This document shows positions 29,375 to 38,216 of a stretch of 64,000 nt of DNA, in pieces. The notes under the pieces are model-generated. The model searched no databases. It was not told the DNA's origin and saw nothing but the letters and a program-made list of their open reading frames with translations. Origin of the DNA: Blastocatellia bacterium UBA7656 (GTDB lineage: Bacteria > Acidobacteriota > Blastocatellia > UBA7656); assembly GCA_002483445.1 (NCBI GenBank), contig DLHY01000007.1, forward strand, positions 86,114-150,113, read 5' to 3'. The position numbers were made by a program, and so were the translations under genes. The stretch's first letter is position 1. Each line of letters begins with the position of its first letter.

Positions 29375-32300
29375 ATGTTTATAGCTGAAAATGATCTGTT
29401 CAACTCCGTAGGGGCGAAATCGCTTTCCATCTTCATGGCGCATTTGTTAGCTGCCATACGACCCAGTGCCCGATTTATATGTGCTTGCGTTCTTTCATTT
29501 TCGTTTCTCTCCCTCCCTGTCGATATCACAGAGCAGCAAGGCAAATGGGTTTTTGCTTCCGAAACCTTGCTCCCAAAAAGGGATCTCAAAGTCTTGCAAC
29601 CAGCTTGCAGAGCCGGGATCAAATCCGATCAGCATCTCAGGAATGTCAATGAATCATTCGCCAATCGAGGAGTCCTTTCGAGAGACAGACTGCGCAGGGA
29701 GCAGGCCAGATCAGCTAATGTCAATGGCAGGTTCCGCATTGCGGCTGAAAAGGCATTTGCAAACGGAGAGCGGCTGTGGAGGGAATGGAAAGCAAAATCA
29801 ATGGAGGAAGCAATAAATCAATACAAGCAAGCTGTGACGATGTGGAGGATCGCCGCGGACAGGCGAGAAGAGGCCCGCATATTGATAGCCCTGGGCGAGG
29901 CATACTATGTTATGGGAAGACTCCAGGCATCCCTCAAAGTGTACGGCCAGGCATTGCGACTCAGCCGAAGCCTCATGGACTTTAGATTAGAGAGCCGCGT
30001 CCTTAGCGATATAGGGTACATTTTCCTTTTTATGGGAGACGACGAAAAAGCTCTTGAGCATTGCAACAAAGCTCTGGCCATTAATCGGTCTGTTCAGGAT
30101 ATCGAAGGAGAAATTCGCAGCCTCAATAATATAGGAGAAATATATCATTTTTCTGAAGACCTGAAACAGTCGCTCGAATTTCTCAATCAGGCTCTGTCGC
30201 TTTGCGATGGATTGGGTGATGGCCGGATTACGGCGCAAACGCTCTTATACTTGGGATACGCCTATTCAGATTTGAACGATACAGATCGGGTGGCTGAATG
30301 CTATAACAAAGCCCTTCCTCTCTGGAAAGCCGCAAATGACAAACGCGGAGAAACTTTGACATTGATAGCGATTGGACACCATTACTCCAAGCTGGGTCTC
30401 AAGCAGGAAGCCCTCAACCATTACGAACAGGCCATGGCAATATGCCGCCCCAGCGGAGACTTGATATCGAAGGCCATGCTGCTCAACGGAAAGGGATATG
30501 TGCTTGAAGAGATGGGCGTATATCGAAGATCGCTTGAAAGCTATTTAGAGGCGCTGAAGCTTTATGATCGTATTGGCATCCGAAAGGCGCAGATAGAAAC
30601 TCTGCTAAAGATCGGCAGCACGTATCACAGGCTCGAAGAAAACCAAAACGCACTGGCTTACTATCGGAAAGCCCAGCCTTTGATTCAAAAACAAAAAAAC
30701 CGATATTTGGAAGCGATCCTTCTGAAATACATCGGAATGGTTTACGACTCAGCAGGCGACAAAACCAAAGCTCTGGATTACTACAACCGCTCGCTTGCGT
30801 TGAGCCAATCGACAGCAGACCGCAGAGAAGAAGCCTATACGCTCAACCTCATTGGAAATATCTATCGCGCTACGGGCCATAATCAAAAAGCTCTCGACTA
30901 TCATCAAAAGGCTCTCTCCTACAATCGCGCAGCCGGAGACCCATTCGGTGAGACGACCACTCTCTTCAACATCGCCCGCATCCATCGCGATACGCGAAAT
31001 CTTTCAGAAGCCCGCCATAATATCGAGGAGGCTCTCCGTATAGCCGAAAAACTTCGAGCCGATGTCATACGTCAAGACCTGCGCGCCTCATATCTCGCAA
31101 CCGTGCGGCAAAACTATGAGCTTTATATCGACATCCTCATGCAGATGCATAAACAAGCGGGCGGCGAAGGACTCGACTCTCTGGCCCTCGGCGTAAGCGA
31201 GCAGGCGCGGGCAAGAACGCTTCTTGAAACGCTCGTCGAGGCCCGCGCCGACATTCAACAGGGAGCAGACTCGGCGCTTATTAGGCGCGAGCGCGAATTG
31301 CAACGACAGATCGATGAAAAAGCCGAAGCTCAGGCCCGACTGCCCGCAGGCGCACACACCCGCGAACAGGCAGAAGCCGCGGCAAGAGAGATCGATAACC
31401 TTCTCTCGGAGCGCGAGCAGGTTCGCGCGCAAATACGCGCGAAGAACCCGCGCTATGCCGCGCTCGCTCAACCCCAACCTCTCAGATTCGAAGAGATTCA
31501 GAAGCTGCTCGACCGCGACGCCGCGCTTCTGGAATACGCGCTGGGCGATGATCGCAGTTATCTGTGGGTCGTGACTTCAGATTCGCTCGCCTGCCGCGAG
31601 CTTCCGTCGCGCGAGGAAATCGAAAACGCCACGCGAGAAGTTTACTCGCATCTGACAGCACGCAACCGCAGCGTGAAAGGCGAAGCGGCATTTTCAGCGC
31701 AAGCGCGCGCTGATCGGCAATACGCGAAAGCATCGGCGCGGCTGGCGGAAATGATCATCGCGCCCGCAGCATCCGAGATTAAAAAGAAGCGACTCGTGAT
31801 CGTCGCCGACGGTGCGCTCCAATACATCCCTTTTCGCGCGCTGCCCTCTCCACAGTGGTCAGCGGTCAGTGGTCAGTGGTCAGTTGCAGACAGCCGGAGT
31901 CGGACAACGGACAACGGACAACGGACAACGGACGCCTACAGGCCGATGATACTCGATCATGAAATCATCAACCTTCCGTCCGCTTCGGTGCTGGCAGTGC
32001 TGAGAAACGAAACCGCGGGGCGAGCGACGGCTCCCAAAGCGGTCGCGGCGCTGGCCGATCCCGTCTTTTCAAGAAACGATTCGCGGATGCTTAAAAGCGC
32101 GTCTTCGATCAACTCTCGGTCGAATCGCTATACGGGAGTGAAAAGGCAGGAAGAAAACCTCTCGCGACTGAGTTTTTCGAACACAGAAGCCGAAGCCATA
32201 CTTGCGGCGGTCGGCAGGGAAGAATCCCTGATGGCTACAGGCTTCGAAGCAAGCCGCGCCACGGCCCTGAGTCCCGATCTCAGTCAGTACCGAATAATAC

Positions 32301-32737
32301 ATTTTGCGACGCATGGAATTCTGGACAACGAGCGCCCGGAGCTTTCACGCATAATACTTTCGCTGTTCGACCGCGAGGGGAGAGAGCAGAACGGCTCTCT
32401 CAGGCTTCACGAAATATACAACATGAGGCTTGCGGCGGAGATGGTCGTTTTGAGCGCGTGCGAGACGGCGCTCGGTCGCGAGATTCGAGGCGAAGGACTC
32501 GTGGGGCTGACGAGAGGTTTCATGTACGCCGGGGCTGCGCGAGTGGTGGCAAGCCTCTGGAAAGTGGATGATGCGGCGACGGCTGAATTGATGAAAAGAT
32601 TTTACGAAAAGATGTTTCGCCAGGGGCTTAGGCCAGCCGAGGCTCTGCGCGCCGCTCAGATCGAAATGCTCTCGCAGAGGCGTTGGCGCGCGCCTTACTA
32701 CTGGGCCGCCTTCATTATTCAGGGAGACTGGCGGTGA
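29375..32737 (+). CDS. TPR-repeat / CHAT-domain protease (1120 aa)
   Basis: More than ten TPR units, then a CHAT core (HFATHG ... VLSACETALG ... ASLWKVDD). The true start is probably at MAHLLAAI (29435), which may be a signal peptide. Confidence 0.85.
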   Translation: MFIAENDLFNSVGAKSLSIFMAHLLAAIRPSARFICACVLSFSFLSLPVDITEQQGKWVFASETLLPKRDLKVLQPACRAGIKSDQHLRNVNESFANRGVLSRDRLRREQARSANVNGRFRIAAEKAFANGERLWREWKAKSMEEAINQYKQAVTMWRIAADRREEARILIALGEAYYVMGRLQASLKVYGQALRLSRSLMDFRLESRVLSDIGYIFLFMGDDEKALEHCNKALAINRSVQDIEGEIRSLNNIGEIYHFSEDLKQSLEFLNQALSLCDGLGDGRITAQTLLYLGYAYSDLNDTDRVAECYNKALPLWKAANDKRGETLTLIAIGHHYSKLGLKQEALNHYEQAMAICRPSGDLISKAMLLNGKGYVLEEMGVYRRSLESYLEALKLYDRIGIRKAQIETLLKIGSTYHRLEENQNALAYYRKAQPLIQKQKNRYLEAILLKYIGMVYDSAGDKTKALDYYNRSLALSQSTADRREEAYTLNLIGNIYRATGHNQKALDYHQKALSYNRAAGDPFGETTTLFNIARIHRDTRNLSEARHNIEEALRIAEKLRADVIRQDLRASYLATVRQNYELYIDILMQMHKQAGGEGLDSLALGVSEQARARTLLETLVEARADIQQGADSALIRRERELQRQIDEKAEAQARLPAGAHTREQAEAAAREIDNLLSEREQVRAQIRAKNPRYAALAQPQPLRFEEIQKLLDRDAALLEYALGDDRSYLWVVTSDSLACRELPSREEIENATREVYSHLTARNRSVKGEAAFSAQARADRQYAKASARLAEMIIAPAASEIKKKRLVIVADGALQYIPFRALPSPQWSAVSGQWSVADSRSRTTDNGQRTTDAYRPMILDHEIINLPSASVLAVLRNETAGRATAPKAVAALADPVFSRNDSRMLKSASSINSRSNRYTGVKRQEENLSRLSFSNTEAEAILAAVGREESLMATGFEASRATALSPDLSQYRIIHFATHGILDNERPELSRIILSLFDREGREQNGSLRLHEIYNMRLAAEMVVLSACETALGREIRGEGLVGLTRGFMYAGAARVVASLWKVDDAATAELMKRFYEKMFRQGLRPAEALRAAQIEMLSQRRWRAPYYWAAFIIQGDWR
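31853..31936 (+). repeat. two tandem heptanucleotide repeat tracts inside the CHAT-domain coding region: (CAGTGGT)~4 then (GGACAAC)~4
   Basis: cagtggt cagcggt cagtggt cagtggt ... ggacaac x4 ggacgcc. They encode the insert SPQWSAVSGQWSV...TTDNGQRTTD. Confidence 0.8.
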
Positions 32738-32849
32738 TACTCGATCTTTAGCCGAGAGCCGAGGGTCAGTAATTTTTCAAACCTTATCAACTGTCAACCA
32801 TGCCACTCCGATTTTTCTTTTTGCCTTTCAAGCCCGGTTAGAGTAATTT

Positions 32850-33503
32850 TTGTCATTCGCACACTTCTCAGGCGGGAGAGAAATGCCAATTCAGAAAAGA
32901 ATCTGGTCTCTGACTGAGGAGGCTTTCAACAGCCTGCTTGCGCAACTTGACGCCGACGCGGAAGCCGCCGCACAGAAATACGAAATCATACGGGCTGAGA
33001 TAACAAAGCTCTTCGAGTGCCGCGGCTGCGCGTCGCCTCTCGATCTTGCTGACGAAACGATCAACCGGGTCGCGCGCAGAATAATCGAAGGTCAGGAAAT
33101 CCCGCCCCACTCCATCGGGGCATATTTTTACGGAGTCGCCCGCAACGTGATGCGAGAACATCTGCGCGATCCTGAAAGAGATTGGACTTCGATTGAAACG
33201 CTTTCGCCTTCGCATCATCCCGCCGAGAACCCTGAGCAGACGGACAGCCAGCGCCTTGAGCGATACAGCCTTGAACGAAGACTCGAATGCCTGGAAAGCT
33301 GCGTCGAAAAACTCCCGCCCGACATGCGCGACCTCGCCATCTCTTACTACAAGGGCGGAGAAGAAACCAGAATAGAGAATCGCCGACGGATGGCTCTCTC
33401 GCTCGGCATCCCGCTCAACACTTTGAGGATTCGCGTTCATCGAATCCGCGAAAAACTGGAAACCTGTCTCTTCACCTGCCTGAGAGAGTCGACCGAGAGT
33501 TGA
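32850..33503 (+). CDS. ECF-type RNA polymerase sigma factor
   Basis: Sigma-70 region 2-like block (YFYGVARNVMREHLRD) and a region-4 helix-turn-helix (MRDLAISYYKGGEETRIENRRRMALSLGIPLNTLRIRVHRIREKL). The start may be at MPIQKR (32883). Confidence 0.7.
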   Translation: MSFAHFSGGREMPIQKRIWSLTEEAFNSLLAQLDADAEAAAQKYEIIRAEITKLFECRGCASPLDLADETINRVARRIIEGQEIPPHSIGAYFYGVARNVMREHLRDPERDWTSIETLSPSHHPAENPEQTDSQRLERYSLERRLECLESCVEKLPPDMRDLAISYYKGGEETRIENRRRMALSLGIPLNTLRIRVHRIREKLETCLFTCLRESTES

Positions 33504-33542
33504 AATGAAATTCGGTTTTACGCATTACATTATGGAGGAAGA

Positions 33543-34463
33543 GTGAAAGAGGGCGGCGACAACGAGATTTTGACCCGATACCTGCTCGGAGAGTTGAGCG
33601 AACAGGAACAGGAAAGGGTCGAGGAGCGATACTTAGGCGAACGCGAAATGTTCGAGCGATTGCTCGCGGTCGAAGACGAGATCATTGACGCTTACACGAT
33701 GGGAAGTCTCAAGGGAGCGGAGCGCGAAAGATTCGAGAAACATTTTCTTCGCTCTTCTGCGCGGCGCGACCGCGTGGAGTTTGCCGAGACCTGGGCCGTT
33801 TATATTGATCGCCTGCCTGAAACCTCTCCAGATGGAAAAGCTTCCGAGAGTCGGTTTTTCAACCTCTTCAGAAATCGGGCAGCGATGGTTCCGCTGGCCG
33901 CGATTGCGTTGCTCATAATCGTCTCGGCGTGGCTCATCGTCGAGACAGCATGGCTTAAAAACGAACTTGAAGAGGTCTCGTCTGAGCGCGCATCGCTCGA
34001 AAGCAGGCAGCAGGAACTCGAACAGCAAATCGAGGAGCAAACCTCGCGCAACCGCCAGCTTGAAGGCGAGCTTGAATCCGAGAGACAACGCAATCAGCAG
34101 ATTGATTCGAGGCAGGCATCTTCCGAAATCGCTTTTCTTCTTTCATCAAACGTCGCTCGCGGCGCGGGCAGCGGCAAAGAACTTGTCATAACTGCCGGAA
34201 CGGAGCGCGTGCGATTGCAGGCAGTCTTGATAGAAGACCTTCACTCTGGCTACAGGGCTGCGCTGAAAACGGTCGAAGGAGCGATCATCAAAAGCTGGTC
34301 GTCGCTTGCATCTCAGGGCGGGAGAAACGGCAGGATTATCCTTATGACATTGCCCGCCGCCGCGCTCAAATCAGGAGACTACATTCTCACCCTCACAGGC
34401 GTTACGGATTCAGGCGCGACCGAAACGATAGACGAGTATCCATTCAGAGTCGTGAAGAGATAG
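33543..34463 (+). CDS. putative membrane anti-sigma factor (single TM, coiled-coil periplasmic part)
   Basis: Lies directly downstream of the ECF sigma gene. N-terminal LLGELSEQEQERVEERYL...ERERFEKHF anti-sigma-like helix region, a TM segment AAIALLIIVSAWLIV, then a Gln/Glu-rich coiled coil. Confidence 0.55.
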   Translation: MKEGGDNEILTRYLLGELSEQEQERVEERYLGEREMFERLLAVEDEIIDAYTMGSLKGAERERFEKHFLRSSARRDRVEFAETWAVYIDRLPETSPDGKASESRFFNLFRNRAAMVPLAAIALLIIVSAWLIVETAWLKNELEEVSSERASLESRQQELEQQIEEQTSRNRQLEGELESERQRNQQIDSRQASSEIAFLLSSNVARGAGSGKELVITAGTERVRLQAVLIEDLHSGYRAALKTVEGAIIKSWSSLASQGGRNGRIILMTLPAAALKSGDYILTLTGVTDSGATETIDEYPFRVVKR

Positions 34464-34713
34464 CCTGCCTCGCAATCGCATCGTCATAAGGATCAATCTG
34501 AGAGCATCGAGCGAGGCGTAATGTTTTTCCGTGTTTGTCATATAGAAGTGTAGGGGATGATCGACAGATGAAATACCGGCAGCGGATGAGTTTTCCTGAT
34601 CATAAGGGTAAGACCGGGCTTTTCAGGTCATCATAACGGCGTCGCACAGCATCATTTCCGTTCGAGAGCGTCGTCTTTTCACGGTTTCAATTTCTGGAAA
34701 CACGGTTGAATTT

Positions 34714-35064
34714 ATGAGTACAGCCCCGCACGTTCCAAACTGCACGGATGCTCAACTGGCCGCGAGATGCTCCCATCGTCCGGTTGATGAAATGGCCTGG
34801 CAGGAATTCGTGCGCCGCTTTCACACTACGATCCGCGCCAGTGTGCTTAAAACTCTCTCGCTGACCAGCGCGATGGATGATGGCCATATCGTCGAAGAAC
34901 TCACCCAGGCGGTTTATCTGAGATTGATCGAAGATCGGGGTTTGGCGTTGAAAGAAGTAGAATGCGCCCGCGCGGATTCGATGAGCAAATACCTGATGCT
35001 GATCGCGATCAGCGTCGTCCGCGATCACACGCGGAAACAATTTCTTACGAGCCGCCCTAATTAA
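34714..35064 (+). CDS. sigma-70 region-2-only protein (truncated ECF sigma-like; possible gene remnant)
   Basis: The region 2 pattern (FVRRFHTTIRASVLKTL...AVYLRLIED) is present, but the protein ends after 116 aa without a region 4. Confidence 0.35.
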   Translation: MSTAPHVPNCTDAQLAARCSHRPVDEMAWQEFVRRFHTTIRASVLKTLSLTSAMDDGHIVEELTQAVYLRLIEDRGLALKEVECARADSMSKYLMLIAISVVRDHTRKQFLTSRPN

Positions 35065-36173
35065 GGATGAGCTGCAAGCGCGCTTTTCAGAGGCAGCAGG
35101 ACTGATCGCTCGATTTCAAAAACCTTCTGCTCGAATCGTCCGTCGAATAAATCCACGCCTGCCCGCATAATCTCGGCGGGCTTTTCATTCTTTACCGCTA
35201 CGAGATGAAATCTCACTATCCCTGATCGCTCGTTGTAGTCGCGCTTTTCCAACACTCTCGATGCCGCATAGAGAGTGTCTCCCGTCAGCACGGGCGCGGG
35301 ATGAGAGCCTCGATCAAAGCCCATCTCCCATATAGCGTTTGCACTGGTGTCGCGGCTCGCAAGCGAACAGGCCCACGCGAACACAAGCCCGCCCTCGACG
35401 ACTCGCTCTCGCGTGAAGCTGCGCTCGCGGCAATAGACTTCATCGAAATGCAAAGGATGAGAATTGCGCGTCAGCATGGTGAGTTGCATATGCTCGCTGC
35501 CTCCGACCGTCCGGCCCCAGTTGTGCAGAATCACATCGCCCACGTCGAAGTCTTCGAAGAGTCCTCGCGGCCTTCCGTGCCACGCGGGGATTTTCATCTC
35601 CAGAGCCAGATCGCGCGGGAGCGCGCCCGTGACCGGCCCGCGATGCGGCGGCGCGTGATTGACGCTTTCCGGGTGCGCGCGGCCTTCGAGTCGTCCGGCA
35701 GGAATGAGGGCTTTTCTCTCGAATGTGACAATAGGCACGCCGTAGCGATTGACTCCCGTCGTGCGCAGATGAACTATTCCGCGATCAGGCTTCGATTCCG
35801 ACGCGCGCACGCCGAGGATTTCCGAAAAGACGCTTATCGTATCGCCCGGATAAACGACGCTGGGAAATCGGAGATCGATGTAGGCGAGATGCGCGATTGC
35901 CTGCTCGGATATATCGTGAACCGAAAAACTGAGCGCGAGGTTTAGAAGCGCCAGCGGATGAACGACTCTATCCTTGAATCCCATATCGCGAGCGTAACGA
36001 CGGCTCGAATAAAGCGGATTCGCGTCGAGGAAAGAAGCCGCGAACATCGCAAGCATTCCGTCATCGATAGTGACTTCCCACGGATGATGATAAATATCGC
36101 CCGTGTGGAAATCATCGAGCAGTCGCCCGTATTTCGGCTCCATCACTTTCATCTCTTTCGCCGTGCCGCTCAT
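35061..36173 (-). CDS. double hotdog-fold MaoC-like (R)-specific enoyl-CoA hydratase (mesaconyl-/itaconyl-CoA hydratase-like)
   Basis: Two MaoC dehydratase halves in about 370 aa; this size and architecture match the Mch/Ich family. Confidence 0.7.
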   Translation of the reverse strand: MSGTAKEMKVMEPKYGRLLDDFHTGDIYHHPWEVTIDDGMLAMFAASFLDANPLYSSRRYARDMGFKDRVVHPLALLNLALSFSVHDISEQAIAHLAYIDLRFPSVVYPGDTISVFSEILGVRASESKPDRGIVHLRTTGVNRYGVPIVTFERKALIPAGRLEGRAHPESVNHAPPHRGPVTGALPRDLALEMKIPAWHGRPRGLFEDFDVGDVILHNWGRTVGGSEHMQLTMLTRNSHPLHFDEVYCRERSFTRERVVEGGLVFAWACSLASRDTSANAIWEMGFDRGSHPAPVLTGDTLYAASRVLEKRDYNERSGIVRFHLVAVKNEKPAEIMRAGVDLFDGRFEQKVFEIERSVLLPLKSALAAHP

Positions 36174-36189
36174 ATCTTCCTCCTGTGGG

Positions 36190-36461
36190 GAGATGTTAGA
36201 TATCAGATGTTAGATGTTAGTTGTCAGGGCTCACAACATCGTGAACACTTTTTGGCGTTTGGATAGTTGAAGCAGGGCTCACAACATCGTAAACATTCTG
36301 TGCGATGCAACAGCAAATAATGCTTGGTTTTGGGCCAATTCTTGACATTTGTTCACGATGTTCTGAGCCTTCGCTCAACTATTTTGTTCACGATGTTCTG
36401 AGCCTTTTTTGTTCACGATGTTGTGAGCCCTGACAGTTAGTGGGGGAAAGGCTAACATCTG
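36190..36461. repeat. complex repeat array: 5 copies of a 19-mer imperfect palindrome GTTCACGATGTT(G/C)TGAGCC (2 forward, 3 reverse) bounded by about 40-bp inverted repeats
   Basis: Copies at 36227-36248, 36275-36296, 36350-36369, 36386-36404 and 36411-36430. The terminal inverted-repeat arms share tgtcagggctcacaacatcgtgaaca and cagatgttag. It lies directly upstream of the MaoC gene start. Confidence 0.8.
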
Positions 36462-36681
36462 TATTTTATTCAAAACTCCTTTTGCCGCGAAGCGGCGCGA
36501 AGAAGGTAGCCAGATGTGAAACATCTGGAACCGTCGAACAACGAGTCCCGCGTTGAAGACGCGGCAGAAGATTCTGGCGCTCTTTCAGAGCGCGGAAATA
36601 ATCTGCTTGCGTCCAGACGTTGCACGTCTGGCTACCTTCTCGACGCACCTTCGGTGCGAATGTCGAATTACTAAACACGCT

Positions 36682-37095
36682 CTAAACGCTGCGTGACGCG
36701 AAATACCCGAACCAGACAAAGTACCCTCCGACCGTCAGGCACACGAACCAGACGACGTGGATAAAACCTGCGCGGCCAAGTATGCGAACCTTGGCGACGA
36801 CCGCGCGAGGGAACATGATCAGAGCAGATGATTTCACCATTCCGCCCCACGCGATGATTTGAATGAAAATCGCGGCGAGGCTCGAAGTATTTGTGTGCAG
36901 TATGGCCAGCGCGATGCAGGCCATCAGCAAAGCGATGGGGAAAAGCGAAAAAGCCACGGTGTTGATTTCCCGCTCGAGTCCTTCCATCATCGTCGTGAAA
37001 TGTTTGCGATCAAGCAATATCGATACCCCGCGGACGAGTAAGACGGGGCCAATGATTTTCGCGATGAGGATTGTTGTTTCCATAAGGATATTCAA
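36682..37095 (-). CDS. small integral membrane protein (4 TM), unknown function
   Basis: Hydrophobic 137-aa ORF between the lyase and hydratase genes on the same strand. Confidence 0.45.
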   Translation of the reverse strand: MNILMETTILIAKIIGPVLLVRGVSILLDRKHFTTMMEGLEREINTVAFSLFPIALLMACIALAILHTNTSSLAAIFIQIIAWGGMVKSSALIMFPRAVVAKVRILGRAGFIHVVWFVCLTVGGYFVWFGYFASRSV

Positions 37096-37127
37096 CTAAG
37101 AAAGCGCATCAGGCGATCCACCCAACG

Positions 37128-38216
37128 TCATTTTATCCCAAGCTCTTCAGCCAACTTATCATCCACGCGACCGAGCGCGAAGGCGGCCTTCAAAGTCGCG
37201 CGATTGATTCTGTCCGTAGCGCGGTCGGCCATCTTGCCTGCGATCATCGTTGCTCCCTTTCCCTGCGCCTCGGCTTCGAGAAAAAGTTTCGCCTCTTCGA
37301 TTGCGCGCCCTATCTCATCATCAGGAATCTGAAATATCTCGACCGCAAGCGCGGTCTGATCTGGTATGCCTGTCCACTTGCCAGCAAATCCGAAATCACG
37401 AGCAAGCAGGGCATCTCGCCGGAATTCTTCTATCGCCTGTCGGCGTTCTTCTTCGCTCTTGTCCCGCGTTGGGTAGTTCGTGGTCATCTCGGCTATGGCC
37501 GGAATGCCTACGGCGGCAGCGGCGTTCACTATCGCGCATCGCGCCGCGTTGATCAGAGGATGGTCGGCGCGATAACCGACCCCGCGCATTCCGAGCGAGG
37601 CCCAGTAATCAAAAGAGCCGAACACTAAACCGACGAGCCTCCTTGAAGAGCAGGCTATTTCGAAGACGCGCTCCGCGGCTGAAGCGGATTCGATCAAAGG
37701 CTCGATTTTGATTTTTCCCTGGGGGAGTCCGTGCCTATTTTCGAGCGCAGTGAGCGTTTCGTCAATAGAGCGAACCTCGTCCGCGTCTTCGATCTTGGGG
37801 TAGATCAACCCGTCTAGGTTCGCGCCTGCTCGCTCCACTATCACACTGATGTCTTCGTGCGCGGGGTCGAGTTCAAGTCCTCGTGGTCGAAAGAAACGGA
37901 GTTTCTTTCCCCAGCCCAGTTCATTGAAAGCGCGTATGACGTTTGCGCGGCCCTCGGCTAAAAGCACGGCGTTGTCGCGCGGGATAGAATCTTCAAGATC
38001 GAGCATCACCAGATTGGCGACTGACTTTACGACCGCGCCTTCGATGTATTTCCACACGGTCGCGGGAACGGTGAGATGAGCCATCTGAATTAAATACTTT
38101 GGCTCAAGCTCGATCATTTGATTTCGATATCGATCAAGCAATGCTTCGTTGCGCTTTCGTGCGGCAGCGGTTATTTCCGAGTCGGGCGTTTGATTGTCGA
38201 TTGCGTCAGCAGTCAT
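37128..38216 (-). CDS. CitE-like (HpcH/HpaI family) CoA-ester lyase — malyl-CoA/β-methylmalyl-CoA/citramalyl-CoA lyase-like
   Basis: About 360 aa with a CitE/Mcl-type pattern (LMLDLEDSIP...IEPLIESA...), sharing a strand with the MaoC hydratase. Confidence 0.8.
   Translation of the reverse strand: MTADAIDNQTPDSEITAAARKRNEALLDRYRNQMIELEPKYLIQMAHLTVPATVWKYIEGAVVKSVANLVMLDLEDSIPRDNAVLLAEGRANVIRAFNELGWGKKLRFFRPRGLELDPAHEDISVIVERAGANLDGLIYPKIEDADEVRSIDETLTALENRHGLPQGKIKIEPLIESASAAERVFEIACSSRRLVGLVFGSFDYWASLGMRGVGYRADHPLINAARCAIVNAAAAVGIPAIAEMTTNYPTRDKSEEERRQAIEEFRRDALLARDFGFAGKWTGIPDQTALAVEIFQIPDDEIGRAIEEAKLFLEAEAQGKGATMIAGKMADRATDRINRATLKAAFALGRVDDKLAEELGIK

Noticed and set aside
31853-31936. Tandem repeats considered as a CRISPR array
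   Set aside because: The units are 7 nt with no spacers and lie inside an ORF. This is a microsatellite, not CRISPR. No CRISPR arrays or cas genes were seen anywhere in the window.
36466-36678. 70-aa ORF on the minus strand
   Set aside because: It coincides with the nested inverted-repeat/hairpin structure, has no Shine-Dalgarno or recognisable features, and is more likely non-coding.
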